A stretch of DNA of 64,000 bases from Dipteris shenzhenensis. Lineage: Eukaryota. The position numbers and the translations under genes are program-made. Below, piece by piece: positions 38,827 through 50,279 of the stretch. The stretch's first letter is position 1; the number at the start of each line of letters is the position of its first letter. The notes under the pieces are model-generated. The model was given only the letters and a program-made list of their open reading frames with translations. It did not search any database and was not told the DNA's origin. The DNA lies in NCBI GenBank assembly GCA_047967505.1, contig CM106538.1; one strand, written 5' to 3'.

Positions 38827-39215
38827 CCACCTTGAGGGCCAGCAGACCCTCTTTATCACTAGAGAGGATCTGCTGGGGGGAGAAAGATGTGATGCCAAAA
38901 ATTGATATTTTTTATTTGGCATTGGTATTGTTTTCTTCTATGTTTGATAAGAGTTTGAGTATCAAGTGATAGCCTAGCGGCTCTCACTTATTTTTATTTT
39001 CTAAGATATTCTATGGAATTGAGAGGATGAGTGGAATGGATCATTGTAAAATACCATAGGTATGAATTATAAATACCTTGGTATGGGGTGAGAGTTATTT
39101 GTGTATGGGATATTATAGGGTTTTTAGAAAATAGGAAGAGTGAGTCACGTAAAGAGGTGGGCTCATGTCCATGTGCTCCAATAATATAATAGATGCCACA
39201 TGCCAAGCGTGTGGA

Positions 39216-42200
39216 TCTCTGTTTGATGTAGTGCAAGGCGTCGGGTCTCATCTAACTTCTCAAGTTGTACCAATCTGGCCTCTACATGTTCATCTTCTAT
39301 CATCCTTTGTTCCTGTGCCAATCTCAAGGCTGGAATCTCTATCTCTAGTGGTAAAACTGCCTCAGTACCATACACCAACTCAAAAGGGGTGTGACCTGTA
39401 GATGTTTTATGAGTGATGTTGTAAGCCCACACTACTTCAGTGACCTTCTGATCCCATTGGCTCCTATTCCCTGCGGCCATTTTTCCCATGGTTTTACAAA
39501 GGAGGCCATTGGTCCGCTCTGTTTGACCCATGGATGCTAGATAATAGATGCTAGAAGTGTGATGATCAATGCCCATGCGATCCATGAGTAACTCCACTGC
39601 TTCATTTAAGAATGGACTCCCATGGTCAGAGACTATCTCCATGGGTGTCCCAAACCTTGTGCAGATACGTTCAAAGATGAAATTTGAAACTACCTTGCCA
39701 TTTGCAGCAGAGAGGGCGATAGCTTCAGCCCACTTAGTGACATACTGAGTGGCTACCAAAAGATACTTCTTTTTGCAGGCAGTCATGGGCAAGGGCCCGA
39801 CAAAATCTATTCCCCACTTCTGAAACGGATGGATGGACATCACTGGGTGATGTTGCCCGGGACGCAAATCTTTCTTACCGAAGAATTGACATGGTTCACA
39901 GGTTTTGCAATACAAAGTGACATCCTTGAACAAGGTCGGCCAATAGTATCCAGCATGTAAAATCTTCTTAGCTGTATAGTCACTGGCATAGTGGCCTCCA
40001 CAAAATCCATCATGATAATGCTTCAATACCTTAGGCACTTCATCTGCATCAATGGCCCGTCTGAGTACCCCATCCATGCCTTGACGGTACAACACCCCAT
40101 CAAGGAGGGTGTAGCGTCTACTATCTCTGTGGATCTTCTTTCTCTCATAGCTTGTACTTCCTGAAGGAAAGGAGAAAGCGGCCAAAAACTTGTAGATACC
40201 ACCATACCAAGGATCCCCAACTTCTATGGCTGCTACAAGGGTTACATCAAGGCACTCCTCTAAATCAATCAAAGCATTCTTCAAGTTGGACTAACCCCCT
40301 TTTACAATTTTGAAAGAAAAATCATATTCTTGTAGAACTGCCAACCATTTGGCCAACCGGCCCATGGGATTTGGTGATTGAAGAACCTGCTTTGCAAGAC
40401 CAGTGCCAATTTGTATAAAGAAGGACTTTCCAGCCACATAATGCTTAAATTTCTCAATGCAAAACACCAAAGACAATGCATGCTTGTCAGCCTCTGAATA
40501 GCGTCACTCAGTGTCGAGCAATTGTCGAGAAGCAAATCGAACGGGGTACATGAACCGATCCTCCCCTTGCTGGAGAAGAATACCTGCCAGAGTGTGCTCT
40601 CCAAACCCAGGATTGATATAGAAGGTCTTTGACCAGTCTGGATTGCGTAGAATGGGTTCTGAAGCCAGAGCCTTCTTGATTTGTGCAAACCCATGATCAC
40701 AATCCTCATCCCAAGAGAAATCAACCCCATCTTTTAATAGCATAGTCATGGGCCATGTCAAAGTAGCATACTGATCAATGAAGCAGTGATAGTATCCTGC
40801 TAGATTGACAAATGAGCGTACCTGACGTTTGGTTGTAGGTGGGGAGAGTTTGAGGATGGCTTCTACCTTCTCAGGGTCACGGTTGATGCCCTCGGATGAG
40901 ACAACATGTCCCAATAACCTCCCTTGAGTGGCTCCAATGGTGCATTTCTCAGGGTTGAGACTGCCATTTGCATCATTGACCCTTTGGAAGGCCAATCTAA
41001 CCTTCATGATGTGCTCCTTACGTGATGAGAATATACAGAAATCATCTAAAAACACCTCCAAGAAATCCCCCAAATAAGGAGAAAACACCATCTGCATAAA
41101 TCTTTGAAAGGTGGCAGGAGCATTGGTGAGGCCAAATGGCATTACTTTGAATGCAAATGTCCCCCAGGGTGTGGCAAATGTGGTTTTAAGCACATCTTCC
41201 TCGGCAATTCTGATTTGATAAAACCCAGAGTAACCATCACAGAAAGTATACATCTCATGACCACTTACCTTCTCAAGAATGAGGTCTTGAAAGGGTAGAG
41301 GATGATGATCCCTCTTGGTGGCAGCATTGAGCTTCTTATAGTCGCGATGCAGACCCGCCACTTGTTGTTTTTCTTTGGGATGACTACCACTGGTGAAACC
41401 CATTCAGTATTGTGAACCGGAACAATAAACCCAGCCTCTATAAGCTTCTGCAACTCTGAGTGCAAAGCGTCGCTCTGTAGGGGCCCTAATCTTCGATACT
41501 TCTGAGCCACAGGCTTTGCATCAGGCTTCAGCTCTATCTTGTGCTCTATGGCAGTCACATGGCGAAGGTGGTGGTAGCTAGTTGCAAAGAGGTCAGGGAA
41601 ATCTTTGAACATTTCAAGAAACTCATCTTTCTCACCTGGAGTGAGGTCTGGAGAAAGCATTGATTCGAGCTGTTGAGGACTAGCTGTTATCTTTTTTGCA
41701 GGTGGCAGGGTCGGAGACACCCCCATCATGTAAATTTCCTCCTCTGAGAATTCGTCCCCCCCGTCTGATTTTTCCATGGACTCAGACACTGAAGATGAGA
41801 TAGTATCACTGTCATGCTTCTCTTCTTCTTCCAGTTCCATGGCACCAGGTTGCATAGGGATTTTCTCCTTGGAAGCACCAAAAGACATGTGTCCTGTCTT
41901 CCAATAGCTGACTGCATCACTTTTTCTCAACCATGGTCTCCCCAGTATGGCTGGGTAACTTCTGCCTGTATCTTCAATGTCCACTACATAGAAATTGATA
42001 GTGGTGGTCAACCCGTTGACAGTGATGGGCAAATCCTCAATGACTCCCATGGTGGCGAGTCGTCGACCATCTGCTACCTTGATTCGAGTGGAGGAACACC
42101 TTGTACATTTCAAATTCAATTTCTTCATGATGTGGGGCACCATGATATTACATGCAGCTCCCCCATCAACACACACATTTTTGACATGGCAATTATCTAT

Positions 42201-43586
42201 GATGACATCTACTGTGTGTGGGTGCCGATCAATTTCTTCAGAGATAGAAGATACCTCTCGTACCTTTCTCTTTTTCTTGCTCTTCCTTGTTGAGAGACCT
42301 TGCTGTATCTCACGTCTCACCTTAGGGCTTAATGCTATTAGTTGAGGGAGTGTGATGCTCAAAGACCGATGAGCAAGGTCCTGAACGACCGAATAGTCCT
42401 CTTGCCCTGAGCCGATGGGAAAATCCGAGGGTGACCACTTACTCCTGCGAGATCTTTTAGTCTTCTCTGTTGGTGGGTCTGCCATCTCAGCATCTGAGGG
42501 CTTTGAGAAGGACACCTTCTTCTTGGGGTGGCCCGTTCCACGGTTTGGAGAGGGGTCCGAGGTAGCACGAGTTCTTTTCCCGAGATCAAGGATCTCCACA
42601 TCAGAATCCTCAGTGCCCGACTCACTTAGAAGATTCACCCTTGGAATATTGGGGCATTCTGTGCGATAATGACCCTTCTGGTGGCACTCGTAGCATACAA
42701 CATTAGCACGATCTCTTGGAGGGCAGTTGGCTTGATTTCTGATGCCCACCATCTCAAGCCGAAGATCATTCAGGGCCTTGGCTAAGTCATTGACTCCAGG
42801 TTCGGTTGCAAGGGGGGCCTCTTTAGTTGGAGGGGCCATGGGAGTAGAGAGGAGGGGGGATCATGGGCGAGGCTGGGGAAATCTTCGAGGCGGAGGATGA
42901 GGATATCCACCTTGTTGAGGGTAAGCATCTAAGGGAGGACCATACATCTGAGGTGGAGGCGGTGGATACATCCTTGATGAGGGGTGGGGGTATGCCCCTG
43001 AGTTAGACCCCCCAGGTTGTTGTTGCAGGAATGGAGGGGGATGCGGAGGGACAATCGTCTTCTTTGAGGCGGGGTCAGACTGAACTTTATCAAACTTTTG
43101 AGCAATCTCATGTGCTAGCACCATAGTTTTAGGATTCTCCCATTTAAGCTTGAGGCGGAATTCATCACTCGCTCCTGCTACAAGGTAGCCCAGCACATGC
43201 TGAGTCATTCCAGCTTGAAACCCGGCATTGTCCTCCTGTGTGGCAATCAAACGGTCCAGGAGCACGGCCGCTCGATCCACATATCGACGCGCCATCTCAC
43301 CTTCTAACTGCTTCAAATTTGCCACCTGTAGGTACACATTCTCCGGCTCCTCTTCTTTGCCGAAATACTCAATCATTGCTGCTATCAACCTTGGCCAGCT
43401 TTGGCGAACATCTTCGGCTTGCTTCTCATACCACACTTGAGCCAAACCTTCTAGAAATGTGGGAAGAACCAATAGCCATCTATCTTCAGTAAGAAAGTTG
43501 AGAGAAACACAACGGCGCTTGAAAGCCACAAGATACTCATTTGGATTTTCTTCTACCCGTCCACAAAACACGAGAATGTCAGCCAT
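39216..43586 (-). pseudogene. gag-pol: Gypsy D gag-pol (gag-PR-RT-degenerate RH-INT), with few lesions
   Basis: ORFs 42861..43586, 41265..42839, 40504..41403, 40291..40476 and 39163..40284. Motifs CYECHQKGHYRTEC, VDGGAACN, FLDDF and WGIDFVGPLP. No aRH between RH and INT. Confidence 0.93.
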
Positions 43587-43801
43587 GCTTGGAAGATGGA
43601 AAAGAGGGGCTTATCTATGGACGAACAATAGTAAGAGGAAGCTTGAACTGAAAATCGGGTGAAGATACATCCAAAAAGCACACATAGGCAGGGTAGGGTG
43701 TGACTGGTGTAGTGTGAAATATTACACGAGAAGAATCTTCAGCATAGAATAGCACATAGACAATCTTAAAAGGACCAACCCTCATGATATCACATCGATC
43801 A

Positions 43802-43966
43802 TTACAAGCGAGGGTTAGAGGCACAGCGTTGCATGAGGTTGTTCATCAAGGCAAACAAGAATACCATGACAAATGTCAACAGTTGGAGAGCTTGCACATC
43901 ACCTTCAGCTTCTTCCAGTTCTTGTAGTCGCCATGCTGTTTCTTCAAGGGGTGTGCGGTCTGGCAT
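43802..43966 (-). CDS. 54-aa micro-ORF upstream of gag, homolog of 19111-19260
   Basis: MPDRTPLEETAWRLQELEEAEGDVQALQLLTFVMVFLFALMNNLMQRCASNPRL*. Confidence 0.75.
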   Translation of the reverse strand: MPDRTPLEETAWRLQELEEAEGDVQALQLLTFVMVFLFALMNNLMQRCASNPRL

Positions 43967-44079
43967 TCTTCTTTTGAGCAATGTCCTTGAGAACCCTCCT
44001 GATGATCTGCCGAAGTCGGTAAACTCATATCAAGTATGCCCAACACTTAGTTTCATGATGACCACAACCTCTGCATTCC

Positions 44080-44544
44080 TTACAAATGATCACCCTCCTT
44101 CGTGGCTTGCGGCTTTGTTGGGGTGGCGCTTCCACTCGCGTCATGCGTGATTGGAGTACAAGCTTCACGTGCCAAGAAATCAGCAACTAGATTTTGAGCT
44201 CGAGGGATATGCTGAATTTTTACCTCTTCAAATTGGTTGCAAAGTTCCAAGGCTTGTTGATGTCGTGGAACCAAGCCTTTGCTCCGCACCTTCCACCTTC
44301 CACTAACTTGTTCACATACTAGTTGAGAATCTCCTTGCACCTCCAATTGCTTGGCATGATGTTCTTGTGCCTTTTGTAGCCCAAAGATGAGCGCCGAGTA
44401 CTCAGCTTGATTGCAAGTACTTGCGGGTGAAGACTTGCTGTAACAATACTCCTCACCACCCGGTGAAGTGAGCTTCACACCCATGCCAGCCGCCTTGGTC
44501 GAAGGTTTGTAAGCTCCATCAAATTGAAGAATCCAAGATGTCAT
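44080..44544 (-). CDS. Free-standing archaeal-type RNase HI (aRH)
   Basis: MTSWILQFDGA...CNQAEY...VQGDSQLV...HIPRAQNLVADFLA, with all four acidic catalytic positions present. A CCHC knuckle follows in another frame (44090-44025). Confidence 0.9.
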   Translation of the reverse strand: MTSWILQFDGAYKPSTKAAGMGVKLTSPGGEEYCYSKSSPASTCNQAEYSALIFGLQKAQEHHAKQLEVQGDSQLVCEQVSGRWKVRSKGLVPRHQQALELCNQFEEVKIQHIPRAQNLVADFLAREACTPITHDASGSATPTKPQATKEGDHL

Positions 44545-45383
44545 CACACCAAAACTAAAATTCGGACATCCCAAGTTTCTCGGTAGTCCAAGATAGGTAG
44601 GAGGAGAGGGTGGGGAGAATTCAACACTTGAGCCAAACGTTCAGCACCAAATAAACTTGCAATCCTTTGTTGATAGTTTATCTTAAGACCAAAAAGAATT
44701 ACAATTTGAAGCTCGAAATGAGGCACAAAAGGCTGATTAGGTATAAATGGATTCCTTGGTCAAAACATTACCAACCATAGTCGAGGCCTAGAAACCTTTG
44801 TAATGAGATTGTGAATAAACCATTCAGGATGAGCTTTTCCACAGGAATCAACAAGCAGATGCGCCAAATCTCCCCCCAAGCTTGGGGAGCATCCCACCCT
44901 TCGATGAAGGATACCGTTTTAATTATATCTGAAGTAGCAAGTAGTTCGATCACCGCACAATGAGTAGAAGTAAGTAAAAATCCTCCCAGCGTATCAGTAG
45001 TTCGTCACCATGAATCATCCATGGTGTATCATTCCACCCATCATCACCATCAATAATGCACTGGACAATCAGCCGTTGAAGGTCGACATGAAGATCAAGG
45101 AAGACATCTCGTGCATTGGTAGCCGTAAGGTGCAGAGGAACAGGCACCAATTCCTTAAACGCGTCGAGAAGTGACATAAATGTCCACCCTTCTTGTGAGG
45201 CGTGTGTCCATGAAGTGAGCTTGGAGAAGTTCTGAATTGGCAATCTAGCAAGAGATGTGGATAGAGCACATAAAATGAAATATTTTTGCTTTTTACAACA
45301 AGAGCAAACTCCTTACGGTTAGAGAGTTACAGCTCCCGTGATTTCAATATATGAACAAAAATCATTACATTTTTACCACTTCC

Positions 45384-45454
45384 AACTTGTTGGCCCAATG
45401 ATAAGACTTCCTTTTGTGAAGGGGGAGGTCTTGGATTCCAATCCTACTCTTTAA
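45384..45454 (+). other. tRNA-like sequence (SINE head or tRNA pseudogene)
   Basis: A-box-like TGGCCCAATG, stem TCCTT/GGGGG around the 7-nt loop TTGTGAA, variable loop AGGTC and B-box-like GGATTCCAATCC, all at canonical spacing. No acceptor stem. Confidence 0.4.
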
Positions 45455-45766
45455 TAAAAAGAGAAAGAGAAAGAGAAGGAGAAGAAGAAGAAGAGAAGAG
45501 ATAGGGGGGGGCGCGGGATCTGTTGTTACTCTTTTGCAGAGGCTCAGAAAACAATAAACTGTCCTCAACCCGAAGTCATAGCAGTCCAGAGAACTGGAGC
45601 GCAGAAAACTGTCCGCAACCAGAAGTTGCAACAGTCCAGAGAACTGTCGCGCAGGAGACGCACGAATCGAATGCATGCACAGTAGCTTAGAAAGAGCACA
45701 GATGGTATAGTTTTGTTGATGTAACCCGTACGAATAGAAGATTCGCCACCAGCCATGGAGATTCGC

Positions 45767-45784
45767 ATCCCAGCAGCCACACCA
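45767..45784 (-). promoter_or_regulatory. Primer-binding site of gypsy D, tRNA-His-like
   Basis: The plus strand reads atcccagcagccacacca, matching the plant tRNA-His 3' end plus CCA as I recall it. Confidence 0.7.
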
Positions 45785-46778
45785 AAACTTTTAGCCGGAA
45801 AATTTATCGAGACCAGAGGCTAGAGGCTAAATATGGCGACGCTCAAAGGCCATAGAGAAAAGGAGATCATGAGGGCGAAGGGATGCCATAGGGGTGAAAA
45901 AGGAATTAGAAGTGGAGGGAAGGAAAAGGGAGACTATGACACAAGGGGAAAGGGAGAGGGGGAAGAGAAGCATGTACATGATAGGAGGAGGAATGTGGAG
46001 ATGTAGACATCAAGGGAAGAGAATCATACTTTATTTGAAAGAAAGGATGAGAGGGAAATATCAAAATACTAGCTAGGTGGCTTTACAAGAATGAGCGTGT
46101 CTCATCAAGGAATAGCCCCTTCCTTTTATAGCCAAAAGAGGGGGTCTCTCCACATTAATGTATCCTCCCACATGCATGGTGTGTGTGGAAAAGTCTCCCA
46201 TGTGGGCTAGGTGGGTACGCACTCTCAATTGTGTGCGACAACCCTTTGCCTCAATTTTCCACATAAATCAAGCCCCATATCTCAAGTCTATGATACTCCC
46301 TTGGTCTCTTTCCAATTTTATAATATGTTCAAACCTCTAGGAGGACAAGTGGAGGGTTGGCACAAGGAATCTTGCCACCTCATCCTACTTTCCCCATTAT
46401 TTAACTAGCTCTCTTGGTCCTTCTATACCTCCCCCACATGGGCCTATCCCATATGGAGGGAATACCTCAATATAATATCTATCTCCACCTATTTTATATT
46501 GCTTCTCCCATGGACTTTGAGCCATATCTCACTAAATGTAGCCTAGGTGGAGGGGTGGCACATGGAGGAGCATGCCACCTTGCATTTTATATTATTACTA
46601 TTATGGATTATGTACAACACACCTTATGGGTCCTCTTACATGGAAGGGTGGCACATGGTCATGCCATGCCACCTCAACCTTGGGCCCTATGCACACCATA
46701 TTTTATTATACTATTGCCACATATACAAACACACATACATATTAATGCCTTTTTCCTTAGACAATTTTATCCATAACA

Positions 46779-49700
46779 GTAGTTATTTCTCAGCTTCCTA
46801 GTGCAGTGCAGCATCGTGTCTACATGCTCGATGCTCTCCTTTCTTCTATTCTTAGCTCTCCTCAAAAGACTATAGAAGATGTTTGTACCTGGTTAAGCCC
46901 TTTGAATTTAGATAGGGTGCGAGTCATATTAATGCCTTATCATGAGGTGTAAGTATCAACTCTAACCTTATTTTTACTATTTCTTTGGCAAGTTTGTGTA
47001 AAACAATAATCGTTTTTATTTTGGTCGTGTAGCTCACATTGGAGTCTGATCTTTTGGGACCTTGAACTCAACCGTTTATGGTTTGTGAATTCAATAGAAG
47101 GCTATCATGCCAACTCCCCAAGGTAATTATTCTCTTGATATTTTTGATACTTTCTTATTTTGTATCTTATGATCATGACATGTTAATATATTTAATATGT
47201 CATGATGGACAGTGCTGCATATCAGCTAGTATCTGCTATCAAAACAACCATGGAGCAACAAGATCAAGTAGAATTCAAAAGACATCTGCCAGTGGAGCAA
47301 AAAGATGGACACAGATGTGGGTGGAGAGTTGCCTACAACTGCATGTTTCTTAGAGAGATTTTTGATTTGGAGTTACCAATCAAAATGGAATCATATACAA
47401 AAGCCGATCTGCTAGCATTTCGGGCTGAGAGTATTCAGCATCTAATTACTACCATTGGGAAACAATCTGAAAATATGACTACATTGCAGCATGTATAAAA
47501 CCTTATCTTTATACTTGTATGCTTGTTCAAGCCTTTAATTGGGATGTGTAAATCTCATAACTTTTTTTTTATATTTTCCTCCAAGAGGAGAAGAGACTGA
47601 GTCTAATGAAAGCATGCTATTTTTATACTTCTATGATTATTTAAACCATTATTTTTATTTGGGATGTGTAAATCTCATAACTTTTTAAATTTTTCCTCCA
47701 AAACGAGGAGAGACTCACTCTAATGAAAGCATGTATGAAACCTTTTTAAATTTTTGCTCCAAGCGGAGGAGAGACTCACTCTAATGAAAGCATGTATGAA
47801 ACCTTATCTGCTTGTTTAAGCCTTTATTTGGGATGTGTACATCGCATAACTTTTTTATATTTTTACGGCAGAAGGAGGATGTGGAGGACATAGCAAGTGA
47901 AGAAGAATACGATGTAGACTACTCTCTCAATAATATGAGTCATGAAAATATTAATCTATTGGAGCAAATTGGAAGTTCATTCACTGCTATGTTGTTAATT
48001 CGACAACAACCTCATTTTTTTGAATTTGGTGAAGAAGAGATTTCAATCCTCTTGAATCCTAAGAAAGAGGTTAATGTCAAAGTCATTACAACCATCCTCA
48101 GGTTTGATGTAGCCTTTTCCTTGGCTTTATACTTTGCTTATTTTGATTAAACCCAAGAAGCTAATACTTTTTTTTTTAAATATAGTAATGTTATAGCAAA
48201 TTTTCCGCAAAATATACCAAGCGTTTCATATATGCTCGATCCTCGTATTTCGGAAGTGCTTAGCAACAAAGAAGAAACCATAGAGGATGTTTGCAAGTGG
48301 TTGAAGCATGTTCCTATGACTGATGCACGAGTTATTTTTACAGCATATTATGAGAAGTAAGCATCAAACCCTACTTGTTTTTTCTATTGCATTGCTAGAA
48401 TTGTCTCAAACACAGTAATTATTCTTTATTGATAATGCAGCTCACATTGGAGTCTGGTAGTCGTGGACATCCTTACGAAGAAGTGCTTCTTTGCCAACTC
48501 AATGACATCCATTCATGGCAATGTGTTAGAGTAAGTATAGACTACACTTATTGTCACTTCTTGACATGTAGATTGATATGCAATGCACATATTCACCGTT
48601 GTTATATGTTTTGATGTGTAGATCAGCTCAAAAGTTAGTAGGTGCTATCGACATAGTAATGCGGCAATGTGACTTGGCACAACAAATATAGTATATAACA
48701 TGTCAGGTATCACATCAAGAGAATAGCCACATCTATAATTGTGGATGGAGGGTGGGCTACAATTGCTTTTTGGTACTTGGTCAAATTTTTGAGATACAAA
48801 ATGACACCACACTGTCAACATATACGGATTTGCATCTCTATGCATTTATAACATGTACCATTCGAGCAATCATTGATTGTGAAATGAATGCCATCAAAGA
48901 GTCAAAGAGGATAGAAGACCTCAACTCTACAAACCTCCTACAAACATGGCTTCATTGGAAGAATTGGGAAGCTCTTTTAATGTTAGGGTTATGATTCAAC
49001 ATAGACCTCAGTATCTTGAATTTGGGGGAGAGGAGATTTCAATTCTTTCTAAAGCTTTAAATGAGGTCAATAACAATGTTATGATGGCCATTATCAGGTT
49101 TGATACAAACTTTTTCTCCACTTGATAATTCAATATTTTGATTAAATCTTATAAGCTAATATTCATTTATTTGTTGGTGTAGTATAGTTATCTCATGATT
49201 TGGTAGAGCCGTACAAAACCGTGTGTATGTGTTGGATTCCCTCCTTTCTCCTATACTTAGCGATAGCAGAAAGACAATAGCCGATGTTTGTAAATTTTTA
49301 TAGCCTTTACATTTACATGGCGTGCGAGTCCTATTTATGGCATATCACGAGATGTATCATGGCAACCTTTATTTTCATCTTATACTGGCAACATTGTGTT
49401 AAATAATAATGGTTCTTAATTATTCGTGTAGGGAACATTGGAGTTTGGTGGTTTGGGACCTTGAAGACAACTATTGTTGGTTTGTTAACTCGATTGCAGG
49501 CTTTCATGGCTCAGTGCAAACGTAAGTATTCTATTAATCTGTTGTTACTTCTATATTATGTACCTTATGTAATAGACATACTAAGTTTTTTCAAAACGTC
49601 ATGATGAGCAGGTCGATTGAGAAGTTGGTATCTGCTATCAGAGAAATAGGACAGTAGAAAGACTCGGTAGACTTCCAAAAGCATTTAGTAGTAGAGCAGG

Positions 49701-49910
49701 AAGATGGGCATAATTGTGGGTGGAGAGTTGCCTACAACTACATGTTGATTTTCAAAGAAATTTTCTCACTTAAGCCACAGATCTCATCGGAAGACTCTTT
49801 GGAGCTCAAATATTCAGAGGAGGATATACAATTGTTTAGGGCTGAAATCATTCGAGACCTAGTTGCTGCCATTAGAATACAACGTGCAATTGAAGCAATA
49901 TCAGAGCTTG
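46779..49910 (+). pseudogene. Intron-containing Ulp1/C48-like cysteine peptidase region with three tandem domain copies, probably transposon-borne
   Basis: HWSL exons follow AG acceptors at ~47035, ~48443 and ~49435. EQKDGHRCGWRVAYN at ~47295 and EQEDGHNCGWRVAYN at ~49694. The GT-AG layout repeats, and stops are present. Confidence 0.7.
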
Positions 49911-50190
49911 CATTTAAGGAAGAGGAGACTGAGTCTACTATGAAAGCACTGCACACTACAGAAGAAGTAGAGACCCAGTGTACACCTACAGCACCACAGC
50001 CTCCACTGGAAGCATCAGAAGAGTTGCCACAGCCTCCGCTTGCATTTAAGGAAGAGGATACTGAGTCTACTCTGAAAGCACTACATACTACAGAGAAGAA
50101 GTAGAGACTGAGTGTACATCTAGAGCACCACAGCCTCCATTGGAAGCATCAGAAGAGTTGCCACAGTCTCTATTAGAAGCATCGGAAGAG
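49909..50190. repeat. ~130-bp tandem duplication in an acidic coding-like tail
   Basis: tgcatttaaggaagagga...gcatcagaagagttgccacag occurs twice. Confidence 0.8.
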
Positions 50191-50279
50191 TGATGTTGTG
50201 TTTGTAGTTTTTGTTGATTATACACCAATTTGTGACTTATTACTTAAGTGGCATTTACTGATGATATTTACAAAATTAT

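Larger units (their letters stand above)
17065..39215 (+). mobile_element. Tat-like Ty3/gypsy element C (gag-PR-RT-RH-aRH-INT), hosting nested insertions
   Basis: 5' LTR 17065-18985. 3' LTR starts at 38888 after PPT ggggggagaaaga and is truncated at ~39215. Gypsy domain order, with the integrase last. Confidence 0.92.
39216..46778 (-). mobile_element. Tat-like Ty3/gypsy element D, 3'-truncated, with an aRH and small ORFs upstream of gag
   Basis: Putative 5' LTR ~45790-46778 (starts TGTTATGG on the minus strand, TATA-like ctataaaagg), PBS at 45767-45784 and gag-pol at 43586-39216. The 3' end abuts the truncated LTR of C. Confidence 0.85.

Noticed and set aside
42840-42863. Programmed gag-pol readthrough in D
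   Set aside because: The in-frame TGA lies before the gag zinc knuckle and is more simply explained as a point mutation such as CGA to TGA.
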